Of a DNA stretch of 62,962 nt, positions 10,101 through 17,657 are shown in pieces. Below the pieces are notes generated by a model that saw only the letters and a program-made list of their open reading frames with translations, did no database searches and was not told the DNA's origin. The stretch is from a virus (lineage: Duplodnaviria > Caudoviricetes), in IMG/VR virus record IMGVR_UViG_3300033559_000345, positions 1-62,962 of that record; one strand, 5' to 3'. A program made the translations under genes and the position numbers. Each line of letters starts with the position of its first letter. Within the stretch, counting starts at the first letter, position 1.

Positions 10101-11898
10101 CGTTATGCAGGTAGGATTCACTATTCAGAGAAAAATTATTGTACAAATAGACATCATGGATTTTACCGTCATTGTCTTTTATTGTGATTTTGTCTTCTGA
10201 TATATCTTGTATCTCACCATCAACAGGTGACTTTGGGATGCCAATCATCTGCATCGTTTTGTCCTGAATGCTATTGCCTTTTTCAGAAACTATATCAAAT
10301 AATGGGACTTCACGATTCTTAAGGGATACAGCTTGCTCCTGCATTTTTGACGCTGTAAGACCACGGTTTGCCTGAATTGAATCAAGAAATGGTATCATAT
10401 TGACAGAGCTGTCAAAAACCCCCTGGGCAAACGGAAAAATATAGTCGATTTTTGACGGCTCAACCTCGACAATATCATTTTTGTAGATAGCTCTGATTTT
10501 TTTGTTTTTAGGCTTAGGTTTTTCCCCACTTTTAATAGAATACTGATCAGGGAAAGCCACATACTTATCAAACCGATCCTTTGCTGTTAATTTAACCTTA
10601 TTACCCTCCGGATCAAGGTGCATTGCAACAATATCGTTACCCTCTTTATACGCCATGCTGCTTAAATGGTTTGCTATACCAATACCGCCACCTTCCGGCG
10701 TATGCATAGGATCAATGTATCCCATTTCAGTGTTTGAAATCTGGCGCATGTGGGTGGTAATAGCCTGGCTGCTTCCAATACCACCCTCTCCAGTCAGTGT
10801 TATTTTAGTCCCTTCCCCGAGAATGGAAAGTGGATTCTGCTGAGTAGGGGGGTTTGACAGCTTTGATGTGGTAATAGTACCAGCTGTATGTGGGTTAAAG
10901 GTCTGTGGCGATATAGCTGAGCGAATATTTCTTGTTTTCTGAAGCTTATGCAGGGTGCTCGAGGCTATTTTCTTACCATTTTTGAGAAGATTATCTTTCA
11001 TTAATGTGTCAGAGTCATGAATTGACTTAAAAGCCAGGGATTCACGGTCATCCGGTGCTACGTCCCCGGTATTTATATCAATGATTTTCTTGGAAGTAAT
11101 CGCCAAAACATCAGAATTTACGTGGTCAAATGGCTTTCCAAGTGTTTCCTTGGTAACCTCCGGGTCAAGCTTTGTGGTTTTTAGGCGTTCTGTAATGATT
11201 TCTTTGACCTCATTATAACCCATGCCGGCATCTGGGCTCTTTCCAAAGAGCGCAAAATACATTGTACCCGCATCCTGCTCCGGGTTCTTGTATCTGACAT
11301 TATTAGCCTTGAAGACAGCATCCCCCCATTGGCTTTTTATTTCATCATCCGTCTTTCCAGTCATCCTCAAAGCACTTATAAGAGGGATGGTTCTGTTACC
11401 ATAGTTCACCTTGAATAACTTCGTCTCAGGATCAAAGTTTATCTTAAAGTCTCTGTTGAACCCTCGATCGAAATCAATTGTTTTATCTGCATTTATGAAA
11501 CTACTGATATCACCATTGGACTGGCGCTGGGTATAAACACCAGGCTTGAGTCTGAGCTGCTTTGTGAATTGGTATTCATTACCTTTTACAATGTATGTAT
11601 TACGATCGGTCATCTTTGGGATATCGGCGATTTTCATATTTTCTACAGAACTGACAATTTCCCCTGTGCTTTTATCAATAAGATCCATTGATGCTCTTAT
11701 TGGGATAGACCATATGCCAAGCTGCTGCTTTACCAGCTTCTGCTTTGGTATATCCTCATTAGGCATAGCGCTATCATCGGCCTCTATTTTTCTAACCCTA
11801 AGCTGAACATCATTATTTTCCATCTCTTCAAGTACCCTCTGAATAGCGGGAAGTGTAGCTTGAATATTACTTTGATTGGTTAATACAGGTGTTTGCAT
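4138..11898 (-). CDS. rpoBC: Fused DNA-directed RNA polymerase beta-beta' subunit, intein-containing
   Basis: Beta motifs: YIDPMHTPEG, IPFLDSIQANRG, GYNFEDS, DKIVGLHGNK, GGKNLGRME. These continue in frame into beta' motifs: GLFDP, PVTPPKYRP, NRAPSLH, GGDFDGD, bridge helix STHGARGG, trigger loop EPSLNLAMKSFHTGG. ATG 11898 (MQTPV) chosen as start. Confidence 0.95.
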   Translation of the reverse strand: MQTPVLTNQSNIQATLPAIQRVLEEMENNDVQLRVRKIEADDSAMPNEDIPKQKLVKQQLGIWSIPIRASMDLIDKSTGEIVSSVENMKIADIPKMTDRNTYIVKGNEYQFTKQLRLKPGVYTQRQSNGDISSFINADKTIDFDRGFNRDFKINFDPETKLFKVNYGNRTIPLISALRMTGKTDDEIKSQWGDAVFKANNVRYKNPEQDAGTMYFALFGKSPDAGMGYNEVKEIITERLKTTKLDPEVTKETLGKPFDHVNSDVLAITSKKIIDINTGDVAPDDRESLAFKSIHDSDTLMKDNLLKNGKKIASSTLHKLQKTRNIRSAISPQTFNPHTAGTITTSKLSNPPTQQNPLSILGEGTKITLTGEGGIGSSQAITTHMRQISNTEMGYIDPMHTPEGGGIGIANHLSSMAYKEGNDIVAMHLDPEGNKVKLTAKDRFDKYVAFPDQYSIKSGEKPKPKNKKIRAIYKNDIVEVEPSKIDYIFPFAQGVFDSSVNMIPFLDSIQANRGLTASKMQEQAVSLKNREVPLFDIVSEKGNSIQDKTMQMIGIPKSPVDGEIQDISEDKITIKDNDGKIHDVYLYNNFSLNSESYLHNDPVVKVGDKVTQKQVLADNNFTKDGGHYALGANLDVAYIPWKGYNFEDSAVISESAAKKFTSQHMYDVKDRRTSSGVFSRAKFKAYFPEVLKAKNEKKLDADGVIRVGETVEPGEVVVAHLEKRMPTADDIAVGRLDKQLKRDMGDNSQVWDKHVRGVVTGVEKKGNHVVVNIKTEEPMKEADKIVGLHGNKHIISKILPDSEMPFNPRTGRNIDLTMSPIGVMNRINSSQILENAAGKIAEARGERYKIKNFSDEDSARKIMEELKELGLEDKETLIDPETGKEIVKKIQVGKSHILKLEHKVDHKFSARYRDGHDAYEQAASGGVEGGKNLGRMELGSLLARGAYTNLREMFDIKGQKNDEWWRALETGQTPPPLKNAYVWDKMISDLKGAGINVEQNGKQLLLNPMTDKNVETISAGALTRPTETYRKKNFEPIKGGLFDPERTGGMQGTRWTHIDLPEKTLNPITANAAAALAGVSRGILDDVIHGKKFVDEKTREIVAPGSHGAISGGKAVELLLSNIDLEQLKAKTEGVVKISNNPTDLNKAHKTLRYIKALNDSNMKPTDYLISKVPVTPPKYRPMFQMGGGETIVISDENELYQSIAQTSNAMSELKQVLDESQMGDDVNNIELAGVRGQIYDELKALQGLGDPTSFMLKMKNKKGFIRQMDGDDKQTKYGFIQRKVMQRRQDLIGRSTVTLDPNMDSDHIGLPKEMANKIFQPFIIQKLVGMGYSPIEAKKEVEKDSEAFRKARQIVADERVVIANRAPSLHKYNMLALKPILTDKKSIDVSGNIIAGNLGGDFDGDSALTSTMILLKKSSFCEISTEIPCSFGGDMVYYSKNDIDSFTVTKEVSMPTLEKLPVFMDDGDKIIHIHLEDFPRLQHTRVIKENGNEEFDVPSGIEIITVDNKTHKVLTVPVTKFSIHKNLENYIVTCNNKETLVLSSDQSAIAVNPDTWELERVAPSDLSDKRMMAKVLNTDINSSLNSIPLVNVGGQGSMLCKDKMPLTRDTGWLIGAIIGDGWVSDSSRTKTVCLASIIPVIGEKFSSVINSLLESDIACTVQHAPHEFQGFDCNSTKYIKSSINLAHNFSTMIGQKAKNKHLPDFYMAANEGFKLGLIEGLMDTDGLCQFTKAESKGKKTFTMQYSTISIRLAEELVTLLRAVGIKSSLKAYKYSQGRKGVEYKVIISTASVIDKDLKLIHPDKLSAYQEFCSTGYKDSQSIVARQDLVPVSKGIIDTMLQLAKYKVNISEYNAISDSKKTGCKYMTRVAAEKIIGLDINNALDSRWVEIVKNKSITWVYAKTVKLNPERIDMYDITAPGPYTFMATNGIIVQDTLQLHTPITEKAVKEALEWLPSKNMLKTGYDTVLNAPAKDTIAGTWLASKGVDGKDVSDISTMDQLKKAYQRGDIQLSDNITINGRTDRAIMHLANEGLVPEDQKWGVELNANRVNSWIRDVASKRIGSKDALNLADRLRSLGDKHTSRYGFTFGVSDSVVDKDIRDKYLKEAKKEAKTGDVIEVYSKTMDKIKKELLSKHQYDDIGIAVHSGAAKNIDNPSQIISMPGLLMDSEDRPIPIPVTRSYSEGLPISDYWTSTHGARGGSIKKSVQSFAPGYMTKDLVSSMYQTRIESDSPLDEEGLNYKTNDIKAIKDRFLAKDVRDDNGKIVAKRNELINDDMVNRFNQHNIKSINVQSPLTDPTPGDGFSSYSYGLDNNHKMPKRGDNIGVISAHTITEPSLNLAMKSFHTGGAFTGMKKRFDLGTAFDALDRTLRFTKKLPDKATLASMDGTVEGIDKSPGGGYDVTVSNNGAKEVYYVGHRNEPIVTIGQQVKKGEVISEGTPDPHEYLDLNGMKKTQRFLVEKLSDINEGKLDKRDIETIVRGITNTTKIDDPGDSNFTFGDNVPLTTVEWFNKNMKDKKPIQHTPKLVSLGIGGKSGASEDWLGRLAHSRLKEVFMEGTTQRWMTDVMNNTGNPLPDLIVTNKDRMVE
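6097..7683 (-). mobile_element. Intein with LAGLIDADG homing endonuclease (529 aa) inserted directly after the catalytic DFDGD
   Basis: Removing S(7683)...VQD(6097) gives GGDFDGD-TLQLHTP, collinear with bacterial NADFDGD-QMAVHVP. LAGLIDADG blocks WLIGAIIGDG and LIEGLMDTDG; block F/G MYDITAPGPYTFMATNGIIVQD. Confidence 0.9.
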
Positions 11899-11982
11899 AT
11901 AAAGATCTTTCAATATGAGGTTACATCTTCTTATTCTACATTCTAAAATAATACTTGTGCACCACATTCAAAAGGGAGTAAA

Positions 11983-12018
11983 TGTTATTTTCACTTTCTT
12001 TCTGCAATAATTATCTTG
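11983..12018 (+). promoter_or_regulatory. Putative phage promoter TGTTAT-N17-AATAAT (copy 2)
   Basis: TGTTAT 11983-11988 and AATAAT 12006-12011, upstream of the helicase start at 12055. Confidence 0.65.
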
Positions 12019-12054
12019 GAAGAGTATTTATTTTTTTTATAGAAAGGGTCAAAA

Positions 12055-14997
12055 ATGAACATCGATGAGGATGAGTCCACCGATGTGGTTATGAACACAA
12101 CCGAAGAGGGGGTTCCTTATTTTAGCTCTGACGATGCCGATAAAGTTATAGCACAACACTTTCCATTTAAGGATAGTAATGGCAATCCGCTATACCGCCA
12201 GCATCAGCACGAGTCTATTAAAAAGGCTGTAACCACTAAAAAAAGATTTATCGTGATCAATGCCCCTGTGGGGTACGGTAAAACAGTTGCCGCATACACC
12301 TTTGGCAGCGCTTTCAACTCCGGAGCCTACATCACTCACCAGAAGTCACTGCAGGAGCAGATCCTGAAGGAGAAGTGGCCAGGCGTAGCCTCAATCAAGG
12401 GTGCCAATTCGTATTCATGTGTATTTGCCAATGAAACCCAGGTGATGCAAATCAACCGGGAGAAACTTGGCGAAGTCCGGTGTGGATTTGATAGTGAAAC
12501 CACACAGGTGTTGAAGTGCTCACCAAGTGGAGGGCTAACTGGCGGTGCTGATGCCGCAGCCCAACCAATACCGTCAGCGCCCGAGTATCGTGGTGAAAAC
12601 TATCTAAAAGGTAAGGTAAACGAGATTGCAGCCGACATAGCATATCACATGTCACAAGCCTGTGTTTCATATGCAAATCGTGGATTATCCTTTTCAGCGG
12701 CAACAAGCGTTGTTGGTTTTAATCAGGATATGACACAAAGCAAGATGCAGGAGTTTCTATATCAAGCATACACTGACACTATTCAAACTATGACGCAGCG
12801 GCTCATGCGGCAGGGTGACATGAAGTTTGATGATGCAGAGAAAAAGGCTATTGAATCATTTAAGTGCCCATACGCTCCGTATGAGTGTCCAAAAAAGATG
12901 GCAAAAGCCCTTATGGTTATGAGTACCATTAGAGTATTCAACCCGGATGTGTACGCTATATTTCGAAAATTCGGTATCCATGAAAGCATCACAAATAACA
13001 GAACCCTGATTATAGATGAGGCTCATTCGATCGAAGAGATTGTACAGCGTATACATGGATTTGAACTCCAGACTGACGCCTTCAATAATGTCCTCGGTGT
13101 GGATATCAGCACACTCATTAAGGGTGGTGACTATGCAATCAACCGGTTTATCCAGGTTTTTGAAGAGGATGTGTGGCCGGCGTATTTCCTGTCTTTTATA
13201 ATTAATAAGATTGGACATACCGCTGCGGCGGTACTTGCTGATTTTGCATCAAAAGACGGGCAGGAGGCAGCTGCAGCATTTATCAGAAACTCCTCTGATA
13301 GTGATAACCCTGATAAATTCCTTGCACAGTCAATCTGCAACCTGATACACTATATGGTTGCAAGATCTGATGAGAGCGCTGCAATGAAGAAGCGAATGGA
13401 ATCATTTGATCTGTTGAATGATCTGATTTTACCGTCAATCTCAAAAAACCTTGATGGCGTTGATGGATATGATGATTTCGGAGCTAAGCAGTTTATAGCT
13501 GCTAAGAAAAGCTGGATGGAAACTCCAGACCTCATAGAATCACCACTATCGCAGCAGTTTGATACGGAAGAGTTTAGAGATGTCATGCTTGCTTTGCGTG
13601 TAACATATAAAGCCGGCAGCATTCTATTTAAAAATTCTTTGAATATGTTGCGCAATAATGTGGCAGAAGAGTGGATGTATTTATTTGATAAAATGAAAAA
13701 GGTGGCACCATCTCTGTTTAAATCATCGCCATTTATATCAAACCTCAAGGATGGTACTGGCCATACACTTTTTGTTACAGCAATGATGTCAGAGGTGTAT
13801 GAGATATTGTCTCCAAATGCAATGAGCCTAAGGTTTCTATATGGAAACTTTGTAGAGTCAAGGGAAAATGGGTATGGTGTCCCATGTTTGTTTGCCTCTG
13901 AGTTTATGCGATTATCATCATCCGACTATGTTGATAAGAGTATTAGCACAGCAAAGGCGATACGAGAAAGTGAAGGTATGAATGTAATCAAGGTCGTCCC
14001 TGTGAGAATCAGCAATCTCATGGATTCGACATTTTATAGGCATGCAGACAAAATCCTTATGATGTCTGGAACATGGATTAATCGCCATGCTCTATTCAGT
14101 TTATACGGCATCCCCGAGGATGATGTAGAGTATATTGAGTTGAGTCCGATATTTGATGCGGCAAGGCGTCCTATTATTGTACTTGATCATGTCAATTATA
14201 TGAACTTCTCTCAGAAGGCATCGCTTAGTGAGAAGGAGTCTGAGTTAGACCTTGGAGCTGGGAGAAAAGCTCCGTCATACAGCTATCAAACAGCTGGTGG
14301 CATACGAAGATGGACTGCAGACTTGAAGTTCGAGATAAACACATTACGAAACCTTATAGCCACACATACAAAGGTTGAGAATGCAAATATCATACTGCAT
14401 GTTGGAACTACAATGATGCGCAATATGATAATGGAGTATATGGATAACCTTGATGAAAACTGGTTATTCCAGACACCTGCATCTATGGCGTCAAGGGTTA
14501 TGACAAACAGGCACTCTGGGATTGAATTCCCATATATCTCAAAGGATGATTTGGTTGAGATTATGAAATCAGAACCAAATACCGGGAAGACACTGGTGAC
14601 CTATTCAATGAATGAGGGTATTGACTTTAAGCATGGTGCAGCCAGGGGGCAGATCATTGTGAAGAGTCCAGCGCCAAACTTTGGAGATCCGTACATCTTT
14701 GCAAGATGCACAGGGGATGAAAGTGCAAGGATAATTCCTGATCGGGATTATTTCGAAAGAAAAATCTTAACATCCTTGACGCAGCAATACGGCCGAGTCG
14801 TACGGTCTGATGATGATTGGGGTTATACCGTGATTTTTGATCAGAAGTTGAAAATCCTGCTTAAGCAGGTGTGCCAGAAGAGTCGTATCAATATTAATAA
14901 GCGGGACGGCCTTGAATATCTCATAACAGGTATTCGAATGCGCCATATTGGCAATGTTCCACATTTCAATCAACCAAACAACGGAAGGGGGAAGTAG
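12055..14997 (+). CDS. DinG/XPD-family SF2 helicase
   Basis: Motif I APVGYGKT, II IIDEAH, III MSGT, V EGIDF, VI QQYGRVVRSDDDWG; several Cys between motifs I and II are consistent with an Fe-S domain. Confidence 0.85.
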   Translation: MNIDEDESTDVVMNTTEEGVPYFSSDDADKVIAQHFPFKDSNGNPLYRQHQHESIKKAVTTKKRFIVINAPVGYGKTVAAYTFGSAFNSGAYITHQKSLQEQILKEKWPGVASIKGANSYSCVFANETQVMQINREKLGEVRCGFDSETTQVLKCSPSGGLTGGADAAAQPIPSAPEYRGENYLKGKVNEIAADIAYHMSQACVSYANRGLSFSAATSVVGFNQDMTQSKMQEFLYQAYTDTIQTMTQRLMRQGDMKFDDAEKKAIESFKCPYAPYECPKKMAKALMVMSTIRVFNPDVYAIFRKFGIHESITNNRTLIIDEAHSIEEIVQRIHGFELQTDAFNNVLGVDISTLIKGGDYAINRFIQVFEEDVWPAYFLSFIINKIGHTAAAVLADFASKDGQEAAAAFIRNSSDSDNPDKFLAQSICNLIHYMVARSDESAAMKKRMESFDLLNDLILPSISKNLDGVDGYDDFGAKQFIAAKKSWMETPDLIESPLSQQFDTEEFRDVMLALRVTYKAGSILFKNSLNMLRNNVAEEWMYLFDKMKKVAPSLFKSSPFISNLKDGTGHTLFVTAMMSEVYEILSPNAMSLRFLYGNFVESRENGYGVPCLFASEFMRLSSSDYVDKSISTAKAIRESEGMNVIKVVPVRISNLMDSTFYRHADKILMMSGTWINRHALFSLYGIPEDDVEYIELSPIFDAARRPIIVLDHVNYMNFSQKASLSEKESELDLGAGRKAPSYSYQTAGGIRRWTADLKFEINTLRNLIATHTKVENANIILHVGTTMMRNMIMEYMDNLDENWLFQTPASMASRVMTNRHSGIEFPYISKDDLVEIMKSEPNTGKTLVTYSMNEGIDFKHGAARGQIIVKSPAPNFGDPYIFARCTGDESARIIPDRDYFERKILTSLTQQYGRVVRSDDDWGYTVIFDQKLKILLKQVCQKSRININKRDGLEYLITGIRMRHIGNVPHFNQPNNGRGK

Positions 14998-14998
14998 T

Positions 14999-15208
14999 AT
15001 GTCGCGTAAGACTATGCGCAATGTGGCTTATGGCCTAGTGTCATTATTAACAATGACATTGGGCGTATGGCTTTTCAGGCGTAATAAGTGTCCAAGGTGC
15101 AAGACCGGCATCCCAACATGGTCGGCTAAGGGTTATTACACATGTCCAACATGTCATTTGACATCTGACAAAAAAAACAGTTTTTTTAATCTTTTCAGAA
15201 AGGGCTGA
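14999..15208 (+). CDS. Small membrane-anchored zinc-ribbon protein
   Basis: Hydrophobic helix VAYGLVSLLTMTLGVWLF followed by CPRC...CPTC. Confidence 0.6.
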   Translation: MSRKTMRNVAYGLVSLLTMTLGVWLFRRNKCPRCKTGIPTWSAKGYYTCPTCHLTSDKKNSFFNLFRKG

Positions 15209-15212
15209 ACCT

Positions 15213-15716
15213 ATGCAGGTACAGAATTTTAATGCGCTTGTTTCGAACAGGCTGAAAGTTGTTGAAGCTACTCTTGTGAAAAAGGCGCAGGAGTATTCAG
15301 GGATCACCAAAAAGAACAGTGACGATCGACTGCACAACTTCAAAATTGCCGGTCGATTTCTCGATGATACGCCTAAAAGGGCGCTGTATGGAATGCTGAT
15401 GAAGCATCTTATCAGTTTTGATGATATGATCAATGGTAATACTCCCATTACCCAGGCACTGCTGGATGACAAGATTACAGATATCATTGCCTATATGCTG
15501 CTTGCAGAGGGGTTGATGGTTGAGGAGCTCGAGCTCACAGAGAAAATTAAGGTGATGCAGGAAGCGGTTAAAGGTGATATTACCATTGTCATCCCGCCAG
15601 CTAAGTCAGTGCCACCCGTGAATAAAAGCTCATCATTCAGGGGTTCTGTTCAATTATCAGCCACGAAGAAACCTGAGGTGAAAAAGCCTGAGGTGAAAAA
15701 AACCGGTAAGAAATAA
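15213..15716 (+). CDS. DUF1599-like / nucleotide-modification-associated all-alpha protein
   Basis: Pattern KKAQEYS...DRLHNFK...MKH...DKITDIIAY; Lys-rich tail with KKPEV repeats; GAAAGGG RBS. Confidence 0.45.
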   Translation: MQVQNFNALVSNRLKVVEATLVKKAQEYSGITKKNSDDRLHNFKIAGRFLDDTPKRALYGMLMKHLISFDDMINGNTPITQALLDDKITDIIAYMLLAEGLMVEELELTEKIKVMQEAVKGDITIVIPPAKSVPPVNKSSSFRGSVQLSATKKPEVKKPEVKKTGKK

Positions 15717-15732
15717 CCCGGTGTAACAAACT

Positions 15733-15760
15733 GGGGTAGGCGCCAAGCCTGCCCCTTTTT
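15733..15760 (+). terminator. Intrinsic terminator
   Basis: GGGGTAGGC-gccaa-GCCTGCCCC followed by TTTTT. Confidence 0.7.
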
Positions 15761-15773
15761 ATAAGGAGACATT

Positions 15774-16193
15774 TTGAGTAATACTAAAGATTTTGAAGTT
15801 GCACTAACCAAATGCTTCCTCTGCGGCGGGGATCATGAAATTATTATGAACACCCGGCTAACACCAAGGGATGCAGCTCAAATAAAAGAGATGCACGGTA
15901 AGGTTGTTACAAAAGATCCGTGCAATAAATGCCAGAGCCTTATGGAGCAAGGGGTTATTGTCATTGTATTTGATGAGGAAAAATCAGATGACATGAGCAA
16001 CCCGTACCGAACCGGTGGCTGGTTTGTTTTGAAGGTTGAAGCGATGGAGCGCCTCAAGGAAATACTTGATGAACAAGGTAAACAGGCGGTGCAAGCTATG
16101 ATAGATAGGCGCGTCGGATTTCTGCCGGAAAAACTCTGCAGGGGTGTTATGGGCCTTTATAATCAGATTCCCCAGAAAACACTGGAAGAATAG
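15774..16193 (+). CDS. Hypothetical zinc-binding protein
   Basis: CFLC and CNKC pairs; TTG start with an AAGGAG RBS. Confidence 0.65.
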   Translation: MSNTKDFEVALTKCFLCGGDHEIIMNTRLTPRDAAQIKEMHGKVVTKDPCNKCQSLMEQGVIVIVFDEEKSDDMSNPYRTGGWFVLKVEAMERLKEILDEQGKQAVQAMIDRRVGFLPEKLCRGVMGLYNQIPQKTLEE

Positions 16194-16253
16194 CTTGGAT
16201 CAAGGTATTTTACAGGTATTCCTTATGCTAACCCTAACAGAAAGGTTTCAATT

Positions 16254-16436
16254 ATGAAAAAGTTTCTTATCAAATTTGTAAGAAAACTGATTATAAGCGA
16301 GATTGAAGAGAATCGCCAGGCAATTATTGATGCTATTGCCGACAAAACTGACATCCCCCATCTCAATGAGGCGGAGGAAAAGGTGCTTGTTACAGCGGTT
16401 CTTGATGCGGCTGTAAAAATTATGAGTCGCGCATAA
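16254..16436 (+). CDS. Small hypothetical protein
   Basis: 60-aa helical ORF preceded by GAAAGG. Confidence 0.6.
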   Translation: MKKFLIKFVRKLIISEIEENRQAIIDAIADKTDIPHLNEAEEKVLVTAVLDAAVKIMSRA

Positions 16437-16521
16437 CACAGGGGGTTGTATATCCATGCGTGTGGGTATACAATCTATACTATATCTTGTGTTTTTTTGA
16501 AAAAAGTGAAAAAAATGCCTA

Positions 16522-16550
16522 TTGCTTTCTGGTTACGTGGTAACTATATT
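16522..16550 (+). promoter_or_regulatory. sigma70-like promoter TTGCTT-N17-TATATT
   Basis: TTGCTT 16522-16527, 17-nt spacer, TATATT 16545-16550, with an A-rich tract upstream; precedes the lipase gene. Confidence 0.5.
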
Positions 16551-16594
16551 TTATGAAACGCTTCGTAAAATGTAACAGGAAGGATAGTATAAAA

Positions 16595-17284
16595 ATGATT
16601 AAGAGCCCTCACTTTCTTGATATGGTTCAGTATGATAGGTTGTGTGACGCTGTTGAAGTTATGCATAAAAACAATGTTGCCATGCCTGTTATGACAAACC
16701 ATGAAAAGCCAATACCAACTATTATTACCGCCGCACAAAAAGGTGTAGACTTCTCTTTTTCCTCTGAAGAGGCTAATAGATTAGTACTTGCTTTCCAAGG
16801 GTCTGGGGCTAATATAAAAAGATGGAAGTCTAATTTTGAGCCGGATCTTATTAAAAATCCGGAATACCACGATGGATTTGCTGATGCTGCGCTGTTATTC
16901 AAGGAATATGCGTGCAGCAAGGCTGAGGCTGCCCTTGTTAAGGGGAAAGAATTGGTGGTGGAAGGGTATTCACGCGGGGGTGGTATCGCAATCTTTATTG
17001 CCATGCATCTCTATTCTGAGTTTAAGAAATATGTCCACTTAACTACCTTCGGGTCACCGAGGGTTCTTGGTGAAGCTTATCGTGATAAGTTCAATAAAAT
17101 GAACATCCATTATGATAATGTGCGTAACCATAAAGATCCTGTCACATATGCCGGAGCTCCTATCTTTAAGAACCTTGGATACATCAAAGAGCTTCCAATT
17201 CCAGCAAAGTGGAACCTACCATGGAAAATGATTCACAGACACACTGGTTATTATGAAAATATTAAACGTCTTACAACAGTTTAA
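16595..17284 (+). CDS. Class 3 lipase-like alpha/beta hydrolase
   Basis: Nucleophile elbow GYSRG, TTFGSPRV, DPVT and a C-terminal His (HRH); LAFQGS and HDGF also fit the family. ATG 16595 has an AGGAAGGA RBS (the ORF track starts at 16553). Confidence 0.8.
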   Translation: MIKSPHFLDMVQYDRLCDAVEVMHKNNVAMPVMTNHEKPIPTIITAAQKGVDFSFSSEEANRLVLAFQGSGANIKRWKSNFEPDLIKNPEYHDGFADAALLFKEYACSKAEAALVKGKELVVEGYSRGGGIAIFIAMHLYSEFKKYVHLTTFGSPRVLGEAYRDKFNKMNIHYDNVRNHKDPVTYAGAPIFKNLGYIKELPIPAKWNLPWKMIHRHTGYYENIKRLTTV

Positions 17285-17304
17285 CATAGAAAGGGCAAAA
17301 AACT

Positions 17305-17586
17305 ATGGATAAGCAAGACGGACTTGATCCAACAAAGATCTATGAAGACAAGATAACAATTGGAGGAACAGACCTCCCCATCTCCCTGCACCTGCAGACA
17401 TCCTTCACCGGGCGAAATGATGTTGCCTTAAAAATTAATGGCAAGATCTGTTCCGTGGGTGAAGTTGAATTTCGTCGTGGCGGTAATATTTGGTATTCAT
17501 CAAAGAGCCTTGGGGCTCGTATCAAAATTGATAGTAACGAAACACCAGATCGCGACAGTACAAATCCATTGTTGAGCGGCATGTAA
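17305..17586 (+). CDS. Hypothetical protein
   Basis: 93-aa ORF with a GAAAGGG RBS; hairpin follows near 17605-17638. Confidence 0.6.
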   Translation: MDKQDGLDPTKIYEDKITIGGTDLPISLHLQTSFTGRNDVALKINGKICSVGEVEFRRGGNIWYSSKSLGARIKIDSNETPDRDSTNPLLSGM

Positions 17587-17657
17587 CATTATTCAGGTAG
17601 TTTGAAAAAGCTGTCACAAATGTGGCAGCTGTTTTTTTCTACCTCCTGAGGACAACT

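Noticed and set aside
4261-11806. Many short ORFs overlapping the RNAP gene
   Set aside because: All lie within a strongly conserved CDS and show no motifs; the same applies to the antisense ORFs throughout the window.
4138-11898. Cellular rpoBC locus (bacterial chromosome)
   Set aside because: No ribosomal-protein neighbours, strongly diverged and shortened sequence, and flanking portal/baseplate genes indicate a phage.
15666-15701. 15-nt tandem repeat encoding KKPEV
   Set aside because: Only about two copies within a low-complexity Lys-rich protein tail; not a CRISPR or regulatory array.
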